NCBI GenBank assembly: GCA_963704885.1
Contig: CAVPIB010000008.1
Span: 1-64,000 of the forward strand
DNA length: 64,000 nt
DNA from: an uncultured Actinomycetes bacterium
GTDB taxonomy: Bacteria; Actinomycetota; UBA4738; HRBIN12
Reading direction: 5' to 3'
The first letter of the stretch is position 1; every line of letters begins with the position of its first letter. This document shows, piece after piece, positions 1-7,680 of the stretch. The notes beneath the pieces were generated by a model, which saw nothing but the letters and a program-made list of their open reading frames with translations, made no database searches and was not told the DNA's origin. A program made the translations under genes and the position numbers.

Positions 1-197
1 GTTGCCGGCGGAGGCGGTCACGCTCGACGATCGTGATCGAGCCATCCGCGTTCCGCGTGTGATTTCACTGAAGCTGATGTTGTCCTCGTCGATCGGCCTT
101 TCTTGCGTGAGAAGACGTCGGGCGAGAGCGCCGGCCCGCAGCAAGTCATCGAAGTCGTTGGGTCCGGCCTTGCGGGCGCGCTCCATGAGTTCGTCGA

Positions 198-668
198 TCA
201 GGGTGGGGGCGTCGGACTCGCGACGATGTCGCCCGATGCGATGAGCTCTTGGACCCGAGCCACGTCGCGGTTCGCCTCGTTCGCCGCGCGCGCGTAGCCC
301 TCGTCATCCCGGCTCGGGATCGGAGGTCGTCGAGCGAGACTCGACCCCCCCGGAACCACCACACCGCCTGACTTCTCGAACACCTCTTTCGCCGCCAGGT
401 GCGATTCGAGGAACGCTTGCCGCTCACCCGGTGGGAGATCCAGCACGTCGGACCAAACGCTGTCGTGAGATGGGGCAGGTTCGGGCGTGTCGTCTTGCCC
501 CTCGGCGGTGGCTTTCACGCCCAGGTACGCCTCGAGCGCGGCGTCATCGTAGATGGTCTCGTATGGGCTGTTGTCGGCGTCGATGCCGTAACGGCGGTTG
601 AGCGCTTGGAGCTCCTTCTGAGCCTCGGCCTGCACGTCGGGGTCGACGGTCTCCGTCTCGTTCGTCAT
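198..668 (-). CDS. Hypothetical acidic protein of the element; may continue to the window edge via a frameshift near 220
   Basis: SD GGGGAGGAG; ATGA overlap with the upstream ORF stop; the adjacent frame is open from about 230 to 1 (PTLIDELMERARKAGPNDFDDLL...). Confidence 0.6.
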   Translation of the reverse strand: MTNETETVDPDVQAEAQKELQALNRRYGIDADNSPYETIYDDAALEAYLGVKATAEGQDDTPEPAPSHDSVWSDVLDLPPGERQAFLESHLAAKEVFEKSGGVVVPGGSSLARRPPIPSRDDEGYARAANEANRDVARVQELIASGDIVASPTPPP

Positions 669-910
669 GACGGCTCCTCCCCGAGGTCATGGACGCCGTC
701 GTTCGCTCGTCCGGACGGTCTGGGCTTCCGGAGACCAGGCTGATCCGCAGGGTGGACACCGACCTCACGTCGGTCGAACGTAGGCACGTCCCCCTCGGAC
801 CCGCCCGCCTTCGGGGCGACCGAGGGGGATGGTCCGACGCCTCGGGCGCGACGTTCCTCGCTCGAAAGATCCTGTTTCTTCTGCTCGGCGCGTGGCTTCT
901 GCTGCTTCAT
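665..910 (-). CDS. Small hypothetical protein
   Basis: Strong SD AAGGAGG before the ATG; stop overlaps the next start (ATGA); overlaps the 3' tail of the xis-like ORF. Confidence 0.5.
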   Translation of the reverse strand: MKQQKPRAEQKKQDLSSEERRARGVGPSPSVAPKAGGSEGDVPTFDRREVGVHPADQPGLRKPRPSGRANDGVHDLGEEPS

Positions 911-1148
911 ACAGTCCCTCCTTGCTCACGCCCGCATCGGCGGGCTGGACGACGTGCAGGTCTGGCTTCTGGGCGCGTTCCTGGAGCCAGGTCTCGATGA
1001 CATTGAGGTCGAAGCGGATCACCCTCCCGGACAGGCGCACGCACGGGAGTTCCCCAGATGCGGCCAGGCGGTAGATGGTGGCCGGCGCGACCTCCCACTG
1101 CTCGGCCAGGAACCCGGCCTTCACGAGTTTCCTGACTAGGTCGGCCAT
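765..1148 (-). CDS. Excisionase-like HTH DNA-binding protein (HTH_17/MerR-like); true C-terminus uncertain
   Basis: LAEQWEVAPATIYRLAASGELPCVRLSGRVIRF matches the xis-type winged-helix pattern; TGATG coupling to the upstream gene. Confidence 0.8.
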   Translation of the reverse strand: MADLVRKLVKAGFLAEQWEVAPATIYRLAASGELPCVRLSGRVIRFDLNVIETWLQERAQKPDLHVVQPADAGVSKEGLYEAAEATRRAEETGSFERGTSRPRRRTIPLGRPEGGRVRGGRAYVRPT

Positions 1149-1375
1149 CAGTCGTGCGCCCCCTCGCCGTTCACGATGTACGGGTCGAGTTGGCGCGCCA
1201 GGTCACGCAAGCCGAGCGTGTGCGCGAGTGCGTGTAGGGCTTGGATCCATGCTTGCTGCTTACCGCGTTCGATCCGGCTCAGGTAGGTGGGGTCGGGATC
1301 GGCATCCCGCGCAACCTCGCGGAGCCCGCGACCAAGCGCGATCCGAACTTCTCGCAACTGCTGACCGGGAATCAC
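1148..1375 (-). CDS. XRE/Cro-like HTH regulator
   Basis: LREVRIALGRGLREVARDAD...TYLSRIERGK HTH_3 pattern; SD GAGGAGG; divergent from the repressor. Confidence 0.85.
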   Translation of the reverse strand: MIPGQQLREVRIALGRGLREVARDADPDPTYLSRIERGKQQAWIQALHALAHTLGLRDLARQLDPYIVNGEGAHD

Positions 1376-1457
1376 TTCGGTGCCTACCTCCTCGACGGAA
1401 TCCGATTGCTAGTCGGGTCTCTCGGGAGGCGGTTCCCGGTGCATCCGCGCCGGCTTC

Positions 1458-1485
1458 AGAATACAGGTCGTGGCCCGCACGTCAA
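1458..1485 (-). promoter_or_regulatory. Putative sigma70 promoter for the cro-xis operon
   Basis: Minus strand TTGACG-N16-TATTCT. Confidence 0.55.
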
Positions 1486-1549
1486 GGGGTTTGCTGTCTC
1501 CCCCCGACTGGGAGCCTTGCGGGGTGGCCGGTGAGCCTACGATGCATGC

Positions 1550-2070
1550 ATGAGCCCCGAAGTGATGACGCCCGCAGAGGCGATCGGCCGGCGCATCGCG
1601 GCTGCCAGGAAGGAAGTCGAGATGAGCCAACCGGAGCTCGGGCGGGCGCTCGCCCCGTTCTTCGGCGGCAAAGGATGGGCGCGTCAGTCCGTCTCCGCCG
1701 CGGAGAACGGGAACCGCGCGTTCAAGGCGACGGATCTGCTGGCGCTGGCGAAGGTCCTGCATCAGCCGATTGGGTGGTTCTTCGCGCCGCCTGGCGCGAT
1801 CGATGATGTGGTGCGGTTCCCGGGTGGTGCAAGATCGTCGCCGGGGATCTCCTGGCGATCGCATACGGACTCAACGCGCTCGAGCCTTTCGACGCCGTGA
1901 CCATGTTCAAGATCCAGCGGCTCGCGAGGGGTCGGGAACGTTGGCTCGCGGACCTCAGACAGAAAGTGGAGGACGAGCGGAAGCAAGCGCAACTCTTGCG
2001 GGAGATCGTCGATGGCGAAGTGCCGAAGCCGAAGAAGAAGCCCAGACGATCAACACCGAGAAAGGGGTAA
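1550..2070 (+). CDS. XRE-family immunity repressor; frameshift near 1830 (ORF as read ends at 1900, probable true end 2070)
   Basis: IGRRIAAARKEVEMSQPELG...RQSVSAAENGNR HTH; TACGAT 6 nt before the ATG; the adjacent frame from 1831 reads KIVAGDLLAIAYG...PRKG-stop, ending 3 nt before the integrase start. Confidence 0.75.
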
Positions 2071-2073
2071 GCG

Positions 2074-3312
2074 ATGGAACAAGCAACAGCGGCGACGGTC
2101 GAACGCTCCCGATCGAAGAAGCCGCGGATAGAGCATCTTGCGCCGAACAAACGAACGGGCGCTGAGCGATGGCGGGCGCGTTGGTACGCCAGCGGCGCTT
2201 GGGGCAAAGAGGTGTTCCGGACAGAGCGGGAGGCGAAGGCGAAGCTCCTCGAGGTCGACATGGGCAAGGCTGCGGGCACCTACACCCCGGCTGCATCAGG
2301 TCGTCAAAAGCTCCGCGACTACTTCGCGGCGTGGTTCGCCAGCAGAGACCTCGAGGAGGCGACGAGGGCCTTGTACGAGGTGCAGTGGCGACTCCACATC
2401 GCGCCGGCCCTCGGCAACGTCCAACTCAAGGCGCTCAATCGAGAACGGGTGAAGTCCTGGATCGCGGACATGCGTGAGGAAGGCGTCGGTGCTCGCACGA
2501 TCGCGGCATCACATGGACTCTTGCGCGCCGTCCTGGCCGAAGCGCTCATCGACGGCAAAATCGGCTCCAACCCAGCGGCGAAGGTCGAGGTCCCGAAGCC
2601 TGAGCCCCGAGAGATGCGGGTGCTCGATGCCTCCCAACTCGCGGCACTTGCAGATGCCATCCCTCCGCGCGACCGCGCACTCGTGTTGCTGTTGGGCTAC
2701 GGCGGCCTTCGCGTCGGTGAGGCGGCGGCGCTCCGTGTGTCGGACCTCGACCTGATGCGCGGCAAGGTGACGATCGCGCGTTCGATGGCAGAGGTGGGTG
2801 GCAGGCTCATCGTCGGGAGTCCGAAGACTGACCGGGTGCGCACCGTGACGCTGCCGCGGTTCTTGGTCGCCGAGCTCGAGGCGCATCTCGAAGTGTTCGG
2901 ACACCCGAAGGAGCGATCCTCGCTCGTCTTCACGAGCGCCACGGGTACGCCGTTCCGTCTCAACGCCTGGCGCCGGCGAGTGTTCGGACCCGCGCAGGTG
3001 GCTGCAGGCATCGTGCCCGAGCCCGGATCCGATGAGGCTAAGGCGGAGGGTGCATCCAAACCGATCCGCGTCCACGATCTCCGGCACAGCGCGGCGGCGC
3101 TCGCGATCGAGGCGGGGGCGCATCCCAAAGCGATCCAAGAGATGCTCGGTCATTCGAAGATCACGACGACACTCGACACTTACGGACACCTGCTGCCCGG
3201 CTTGGGCGACGCGCTGGCTGATCGGCTCGATGAAACGTTCCGCGAGGCTGCAGCACGGCCGGCGGCAGTCGCTGTCTCACTGAACCAGGCCCGAGCCACT
3301 AGGGAAGGGTGA
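2074..3312 (+). CDS. int: Tyrosine recombinase/phage integrase
   Basis: Catalytic motifs GLRVGE (R), PKT (K), HDLRH (HxxR), LGHS (H), TLDTYGH (Y); N-terminal arm-binding and SAM-like regions. Confidence 0.97.
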   Translation: MEQATAATVERSRSKKPRIEHLAPNKRTGAERWRARWYASGAWGKEVFRTEREAKAKLLEVDMGKAAGTYTPAASGRQKLRDYFAAWFASRDLEEATRALYEVQWRLHIAPALGNVQLKALNRERVKSWIADMREEGVGARTIAASHGLLRAVLAEALIDGKIGSNPAAKVEVPKPEPREMRVLDASQLAALADAIPPRDRALVLLLGYGGLRVGEAAALRVSDLDLMRGKVTIARSMAEVGGRLIVGSPKTDRVRTVTLPRFLVAELEAHLEVFGHPKERSSLVFTSATGTPFRLNAWRRRVFGPAQVAAGIVPEPGSDEAKAEGASKPIRVHDLRHSAAALAIEAGAHPKAIQEMLGHSKITTTLDTYGHLLPGLGDALADRLDETFREAAARPAAVAVSLNQARATREG

Positions 3313-3316
3313 CGGT

Positions 3317-3859
3317 GTGGCTGATCTCACCTATGGGCAGGTATTCCTCACCAGTTTGGCTAGCGGCGCCGTTGGTGGGCTGATCGTCGCGGTGTCGTCC
3401 TACGCGATAGCTCGGTTGACAGGGCGTCAGCATCGCGTGGATGCCGCTGAGGATCGAGCACATCAACTCGAGCTCGCGAGGCGTGCCCGACTACACGACC
3501 TCAGGGTTAGCGTCTACTTCGAAGCCTTGGAGCTGATCGAGGTATGGAGGGAGATCCTCGCCCAGATGGACCCGGCCTGGGAACCGGATTCGGATGAGCC
3601 GCCACTGGCAATCCCCGACGGCTCGACGGTTCGCAACATGCAGGCCAAGCTTGTCGGCTGTGGGAGCCCGGAGGTGATAGCGGCGCACGGCTCATGGGAG
3701 GAGAACAGACGGCAGTACGAGCGGCTCCTCGAGCAGTACCTCGCTGCGCCACGCGACAAGCTGGACTCCATCGGAGCAAAGGCTCTTGAGGCTGGGAAGC
3801 GGCTCAACCTCTCCGTCGGTCTGGTTCAGCAAGCGATTCACGACGAGCTCACGGCGTAG
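3317..3859 (+). CDS. Hypothetical membrane-anchored helical protein (cargo between int and att)
   Basis: 180-aa ORF, one N-terminal hydrophobic segment, SD GGAAGGG, 4 nt after the int stop. Confidence 0.7.
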   Translation: MADLTYGQVFLTSLASGAVGGLIVAVSSYAIARLTGRQHRVDAAEDRAHQLELARRARLHDLRVSVYFEALELIEVWREILAQMDPAWEPDSDEPPLAIPDGSTVRNMQAKLVGCGSPEVIAAHGSWEENRRQYERLLEQYLAAPRDKLDSIGAKALEAGKRLNLSVGLVQQAIHDELTA

Positions 3860-3862
3860 CAC

Positions 3863-3890
3863 GGGCGAGTTGGGCACGAGTAGGGCAAGT
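3863..3890. repeat. Three imperfect direct repeats, candidate integrase arm-type sites
   Basis: GGGCGAGTT/GGGCACGAGTA/GGGCAAGT about 120 bp from the att core. Confidence 0.45.
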
Positions 3891-4007
3891 GCCACTCGTC
3901 TCATGCGTCGCTGACGCTCAACGCCTTCTACCCCGTTTCAGCCTCTGAGCAGGGCGTTTGGAAGAACCGCAGGTCAGGCGGGGTGAGTCACAAACGGCAG
4001 GATGTGC

Positions 4008-4052
4008 CTGGCAGCCAAGAGGTCCGGGGTTCGAATCCCCGTGGGTCCACCA
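4008..4052 (+). mobile_element. attR: 3' half of tRNA-Ala(GGC), not a complete tRNA
   Basis: CTGGCAG anticodon loop, CCAAG stem half, T-arm CGGGG-TTCGAAT-CCCCG, acceptor half and ACCA; upstream bases do not provide a D-arm or the 5' stem halves. Confidence 0.88.
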
Positions 4053-4054
4053 GG

Positions 4055-4121
4055 AAGCACCGCACTCGATTGTGAGGGTTCGGCACGTCTGTCCCACGAC
4101 CTCACAAGCACCGCACTCGAT
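4055..4121. repeat. Perfect 16-bp direct repeat pair
   Basis: AAGCACCGCACTCGAT at 4055-4070 and 4106-4121. Confidence 0.85.
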
Positions 4122-4226
4122 GGCGCCGGTGTCGCTCGGGCCGCGACCTCAAGCCCAGCGATGCCGGAGTCCCGCACGGCCTCTAGCCCACAACAGCGTC
4201 GATCGGTGCGTGACCCCGGGGACCGC

Positions 4227-5411
4227 TCACGGCTGGCGAGCGGGAAGGTACATCCAGGCCTGGTCGGTAGGGATGATCGATCCGTCGTAGCCGCCCGTGA
4301 GGAGGACGCCGTCATCTCCGACCAGCGTTGCGGTGAGGAAGAGCCTGTCGCCCTCCAGGTCGCCCGGCACATCTTCGAAACGCCTCGTGACCGGGTCGAA
4401 GCGCTCAGCCTGCGGAGCACCTCCGGCTACGAAGACGGAACCGTCCCTCAGGGACACGACCGAACCGGCGAGCTTGTACCGCGCCCAGTGCATCCTCGGA
4501 CCGGGAGCGAACATCCCGCGCTCGGGGTCGTAGATCTCCGTGCTGGCGTACAACCGATCCCCCTCCACGTCAGCAGCACCACCGATCACCATCACCGTGC
4601 CGTCACGCAGAGCTACTGCCGCGGACTTGTACCGCGGGATGTTCATCGAGCCCGTCCGCTCGAACCGTCCAGTCTCGGGATCGTAGATCTCGGCGGACGC
4701 GACGACTCTCCCGCCCGACAGGCCACCCGCGATCAGGACGCGACCGTCCTTCAGGCGGGCGGCGGCGTATGCGCCTCGTGGTTCGCTCAAGGAACCGGTT
4801 CTCGTGACCAGGTCACCATCGGGGTCGAACAGGTCGGCCGAGGCGGTCGTGGGCTCGTTATCGAGGAAGCCGCCGGCCAGGAGAACTCGGCCGTCATCTA
4901 ACGACACCGCTGTGAACCCGGCTCGAGGGGACGTCATCCCGGGGCCGGCGGAGAACCGACCGCTCTTGGGCTCGTACAACTCCGTCGTCTCGAGCACACC
5001 GTCGGCTCCCCATCCTCCGGCCAGCAGCACGCGGCCATCGTCTAGCAGAACCGCGATGTGATCGTCCCGGAAACCGGCCAGGTCTCCCGTCGTACGAAAC
5101 ACACCGGTCTCGGGATAGAACAGCTCCGCCGTACTGCCTCCTGTACTCCCCAGTTCGCATCCGGGGTCCGAACACCCGCCCGCGACGAGGACCGTCCCGT
5201 CATCGAGTCGCGTGCTTGACTGCACGGCCCTAGGCGACGACATCGTCGCGATAGGCACGATCTGACCCTCGATCCTCTCGGGAGCCATGCTGGCCGAAGG
5301 TTCTGGCGCCGCGGGCGACGGTGACGGTGTGGGATCCGATCGGTCGCACGCGCAGAGGAGTATGGCGAGCAAGGCACTCATCAGCCGAAGGCTCCGGATC
5401 CCAAGCAACAC
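4227..5411 (-). CDS. Kelch-repeat (beta-propeller) lipoprotein
   Basis: About six L.DG.VL.AGG...AE.YDP..G.F repeats; lipobox-like LLCAC; Pro/Ser linker. Confidence 0.9.
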   Translation of the reverse strand: MLLGIRSLRLMSALLAILLCACDRSDPTPSPSPAAPEPSASMAPERIEGQIVPIATMSSPRAVQSSTRLDDGTVLVAGGCSDPGCELGSTGGSTAELFYPETGVFRTTGDLAGFRDDHIAVLLDDGRVLLAGGWGADGVLETTELYEPKSGRFSAGPGMTSPRAGFTAVSLDDGRVLLAGGFLDNEPTTASADLFDPDGDLVTRTGSLSEPRGAYAAARLKDGRVLIAGGLSGGRVVASAEIYDPETGRFERTGSMNIPRYKSAAVALRDGTVMVIGGAADVEGDRLYASTEIYDPERGMFAPGPRMHWARYKLAGSVVSLRDGSVFVAGGAPQAERFDPVTRRFEDVPGDLEGDRLFLTATLVGDDGVLLTGGYDGSIIPTDQAWMYLPARQP

Positions 5412-5539
5412 GCCACACTCCCCACACCACTAGGCGCTCTGCCAGAGGTTACGAGAGGTCAGCGAGAGGATGCTCGTCAGAGCGTTCTGTTCGTAGGTCG
5501 GAGAGGGATCAGGCCCCGAGGGTGTACGGGCGCGCCGCG

Positions 5540-5998
5540 CTACCGAGCACCCAAGGCGTCGACCACAGAAGGGCTCCATCCGGGAGCGACGCGTTCCCGG
5601 AGACGCTCCTCTCTCTTATGCGCTCGATCGAGGGGATCGAGGCGACAGATCTCGTAGACCTTTGCTGCCATCTCAGACGGCGAGAACGGTTTCGTGATGT
5701 AGTCATCCGCGCCTGCCTTCCACCCTTCGACGCGGTCTTGCACACCGACCCGTACGCTCAAGAGCACGACGGGGAGTTCGCGCATCCGCTCATCCTCACG
5801 GATCCTGCGCAAGACCTCGAACCCGCTGATGCTCGGGAGCATCACATCGAGAACAACTGCGTCGGCGCCGTCCGCGGCGAGGATCTCGAGGCCTTCCCGT
5901 CCGCTCGCCACCGCAAGGACCTGATCGCCATCTACTCTGAATGCGATCCGGCAGAGCAGGCGGACGCCGGGGTCGTCATCGATCACTAGGATCCGCAT
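5540..5998 (-). CDS. Single-domain response regulator (REC)
   Basis: ILVIDDD, VVLDVMLP (phospho-Asp), GADDYITKPF; no output domain. Confidence 0.92.
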   Translation of the reverse strand: MRILVIDDDPGVRLLCRIAFRVDGDQVLAVASGREGLEILAADGADAVVLDVMLPSISGFEVLRRIREDERMRELPVVLLSVRVGVQDRVEGWKAGADDYITKPFSPSEMAAKVYEICRLDPLDRAHKREERLRERVAPGWSPSVVDALGAR

Positions 5999-6166
5999 CG
6001 GCGGGGTCCTCCCGGGTGGGGCATAGGATTAGTCTCGGCACGGCGACATGGACTTCCATATGGTTCGCTCGGGGCAACCTCTAGTCACCCGTTCGGACGA
6101 CAGCCCATGTATCCCTCCCGCCTATCTCCCGTGGGAGTGCCGCAGTCGGCCGAAGGCTGGATCGGC

Positions 6167-6367
6167 CTACGGACCCTGGAATGACCGCCGGTCCTCGACG
6201 CCGCCCGCTCCGTCGAGGACGACCACGTCGCCCGGTGGGTTCGCCTTCGCTAGGGCCGCGGCTCGTACGACGGCCCGCATCTTCTCGTCGAACCGCTCGA
6301 CCTCCTGCCCGTCGAAACGCACGACCCACGAACCATCGATAGGGACGACCCAGTACTCGTTCGTCAT
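6167..6367 (-). CDS. Small DUF2188-like protein
   Basis: YWVVP.DGSWVVR...F...A..AA.LAK...VVV.D..G.VE pattern; 66 aa. Confidence 0.65.
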   Translation of the reverse strand: MTNEYWVVPIDGSWVVRFDGQEVERFDEKMRAVVRAAALAKANPPGDVVVLDGAGGVEDRRSFQGP

Positions 6368-6418
6368 GTTTGGTCAGTGAAACACCTTGACGGGAACACC
6401 GCCACCCAGGCGGGGTGT

Positions 6419-6446
6419 TCAAGGGCCTGCGCCGTCCCTCCGATGG
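6419..6446 (+). promoter_or_regulatory. Putative sigma28/WhiG-type promoter
   Basis: TCAAG-N15-TCCGATGG just upstream of ATG 6454. Confidence 0.5.
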
Positions 6447-6453
6447 GAGAGGG

Positions 6454-7632
6454 ATGGCTCCAGGAACCGGCGCCCCTCCCGTCGAGGATCGCGCGGACCG
6501 TTGGACGGATACGTTCCTCCTGCTCGGTCCGCGGGTCCCGTCGTACCTGGCCGCGATCCTGATCGGGCTCGGGCTCCTCTTCTGTTACGTCTTCACCTAT
6601 CGACTCGGGGGTGCCTCCTCGGTGGCGCCCGGATGGTTCTCTCTGATGGTGCTCCCGGCGGCGGCGCGGTTCCGGTACAAAGGGGCGCTGCTCACCGCCA
6701 TCGGCGCGGCGATCCTGGCCGGCCCGCTGATGCCTCTCGACGTGAGCACCGGCACGCCGCAGCCTGAGAGCGTCTGGCTGGGCCGAGGTCTCACGTTCGT
6801 CGTGATCGGGATCGTTACTGCAGCCCTGGTCGAGCGAGTACAGGCGGCCCGACGGCGGCAACTCGAACTCGCCCGCCGCGAGCTCGAGCTGGCTCGCGAG
6901 CAGCGCGACCTTGCCACCAGGAAGGCAGCGGTGATCGCCACGGTGTCGCACGAGTTCCGGACTCCGCTCACCGTCATATCGGGGGTCGCCCGAACCCTGG
7001 AGTACCACGGGATGGTCTCTTCCGAGGGTGAGCCGTTGCTGGGTGGACTGTCCGATGCCGCTCGCCGCCTTACGGACCTGGTGACGACGGTCGGGGCGGT
7101 CATGGAACACGACGATACGTTCCTGCGGCTCGAGCCGATCGTCACCAGAGAGTTGCTCGACCAGATCATCGGCGATCTGGGATTGCGCGATCCCCACAGC
7201 CGGGTCATCGTGCTTATCGACCGACATGCCGAGCTCGCCGTTTCCGATCGGCGGATGCTCGGACAGCTCCTTCGTCACATCATCGAGAACGCAGTCAAGT
7301 TCTCGCCACCGAACGAACAGGTCGAGGTCAGCTTGGAGCGCGACGCGGCGCGGCTGCTGATCCGGGTGGCTGACCGAGGCGCCGGGATCGAGGGCGACCT
7401 CCTCGAGCGATGGGATCCCTTCACGCAGGGCGACCAATCGATGACGCGAACCAGCTCGGGCTTGGGGCTCGGCCTGTTCGCGGCCGCCAGGTTGGCCGAG
7501 ATCCTAGGTGGCTCGATCGAGCTTCGCCCTCGGCTGGGCGGCGGAACCGTGGCGGACATCTTGGTGGACGCGCCGGACCCAGCGGCCGACGTTTCTTCCA
7601 CGGGCGTGCTACCGGATCTGACCGCGAGCTGA
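6454..7632 (+). CDS. Membrane sensor histidine kinase (HisKA-HATPase)
   Basis: About 4 TM helices; H-box VSHEFRTPLT, N-box ENAVKFS, G1 DRGAGI, G2 GLGLGL; ORF extends to 6415. Confidence 0.92.
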   Translation: MAPGTGAPPVEDRADRWTDTFLLLGPRVPSYLAAILIGLGLLFCYVFTYRLGGASSVAPGWFSLMVLPAAARFRYKGALLTAIGAAILAGPLMPLDVSTGTPQPESVWLGRGLTFVVIGIVTAALVERVQAARRRQLELARRELELAREQRDLATRKAAVIATVSHEFRTPLTVISGVARTLEYHGMVSSEGEPLLGGLSDAARRLTDLVTTVGAVMEHDDTFLRLEPIVTRELLDQIIGDLGLRDPHSRVIVLIDRHAELAVSDRRMLGQLLRHIIENAVKFSPPNEQVEVSLERDAARLLIRVADRGAGIEGDLLERWDPFTQGDQSMTRTSSGLGLGLFAAARLAEILGGSIELRPRLGGGTVADILVDAPDPAADVSSTGVLPDLTAS

Positions 7633-7680
7633 CCGTACGGCTTGCATCCCAGGCCGCACCGGGTCTAGGGTCGGACGGAC

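Larger units (their letters stand above)
1..4052. mobile_element. Right end of a prophage or phage-satellite-like integrative element inserted in tRNA-Ala(GGC); left end lies outside the window
   Basis: Tyrosine integrase, divergent XRE repressor and cro-like/excisionase genes, and a terminal tRNA 3' fragment at 4008-4052. Confidence 0.85.

Noticed and set aside
1-230. Possible phage major-capsid N-terminus in the open minus frame (..SVTASAGN)
   Set aside because: Resemblance is weak, the reading frame is ambiguous and the ORF is truncated by the window edge
3975-4052. Complete tRNA-Ala or tmRNA 3' end
   Set aside because: No D-arm or pairing 5' stem halves upstream of 4008; the GGC anticodon loop identifies a tRNA-Ala fragment (att site)
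4055-4160. CRISPR mini-array
   Set aside because: Only two 16-bp copies, too short for CRISPR repeats, and no cas genes in the window
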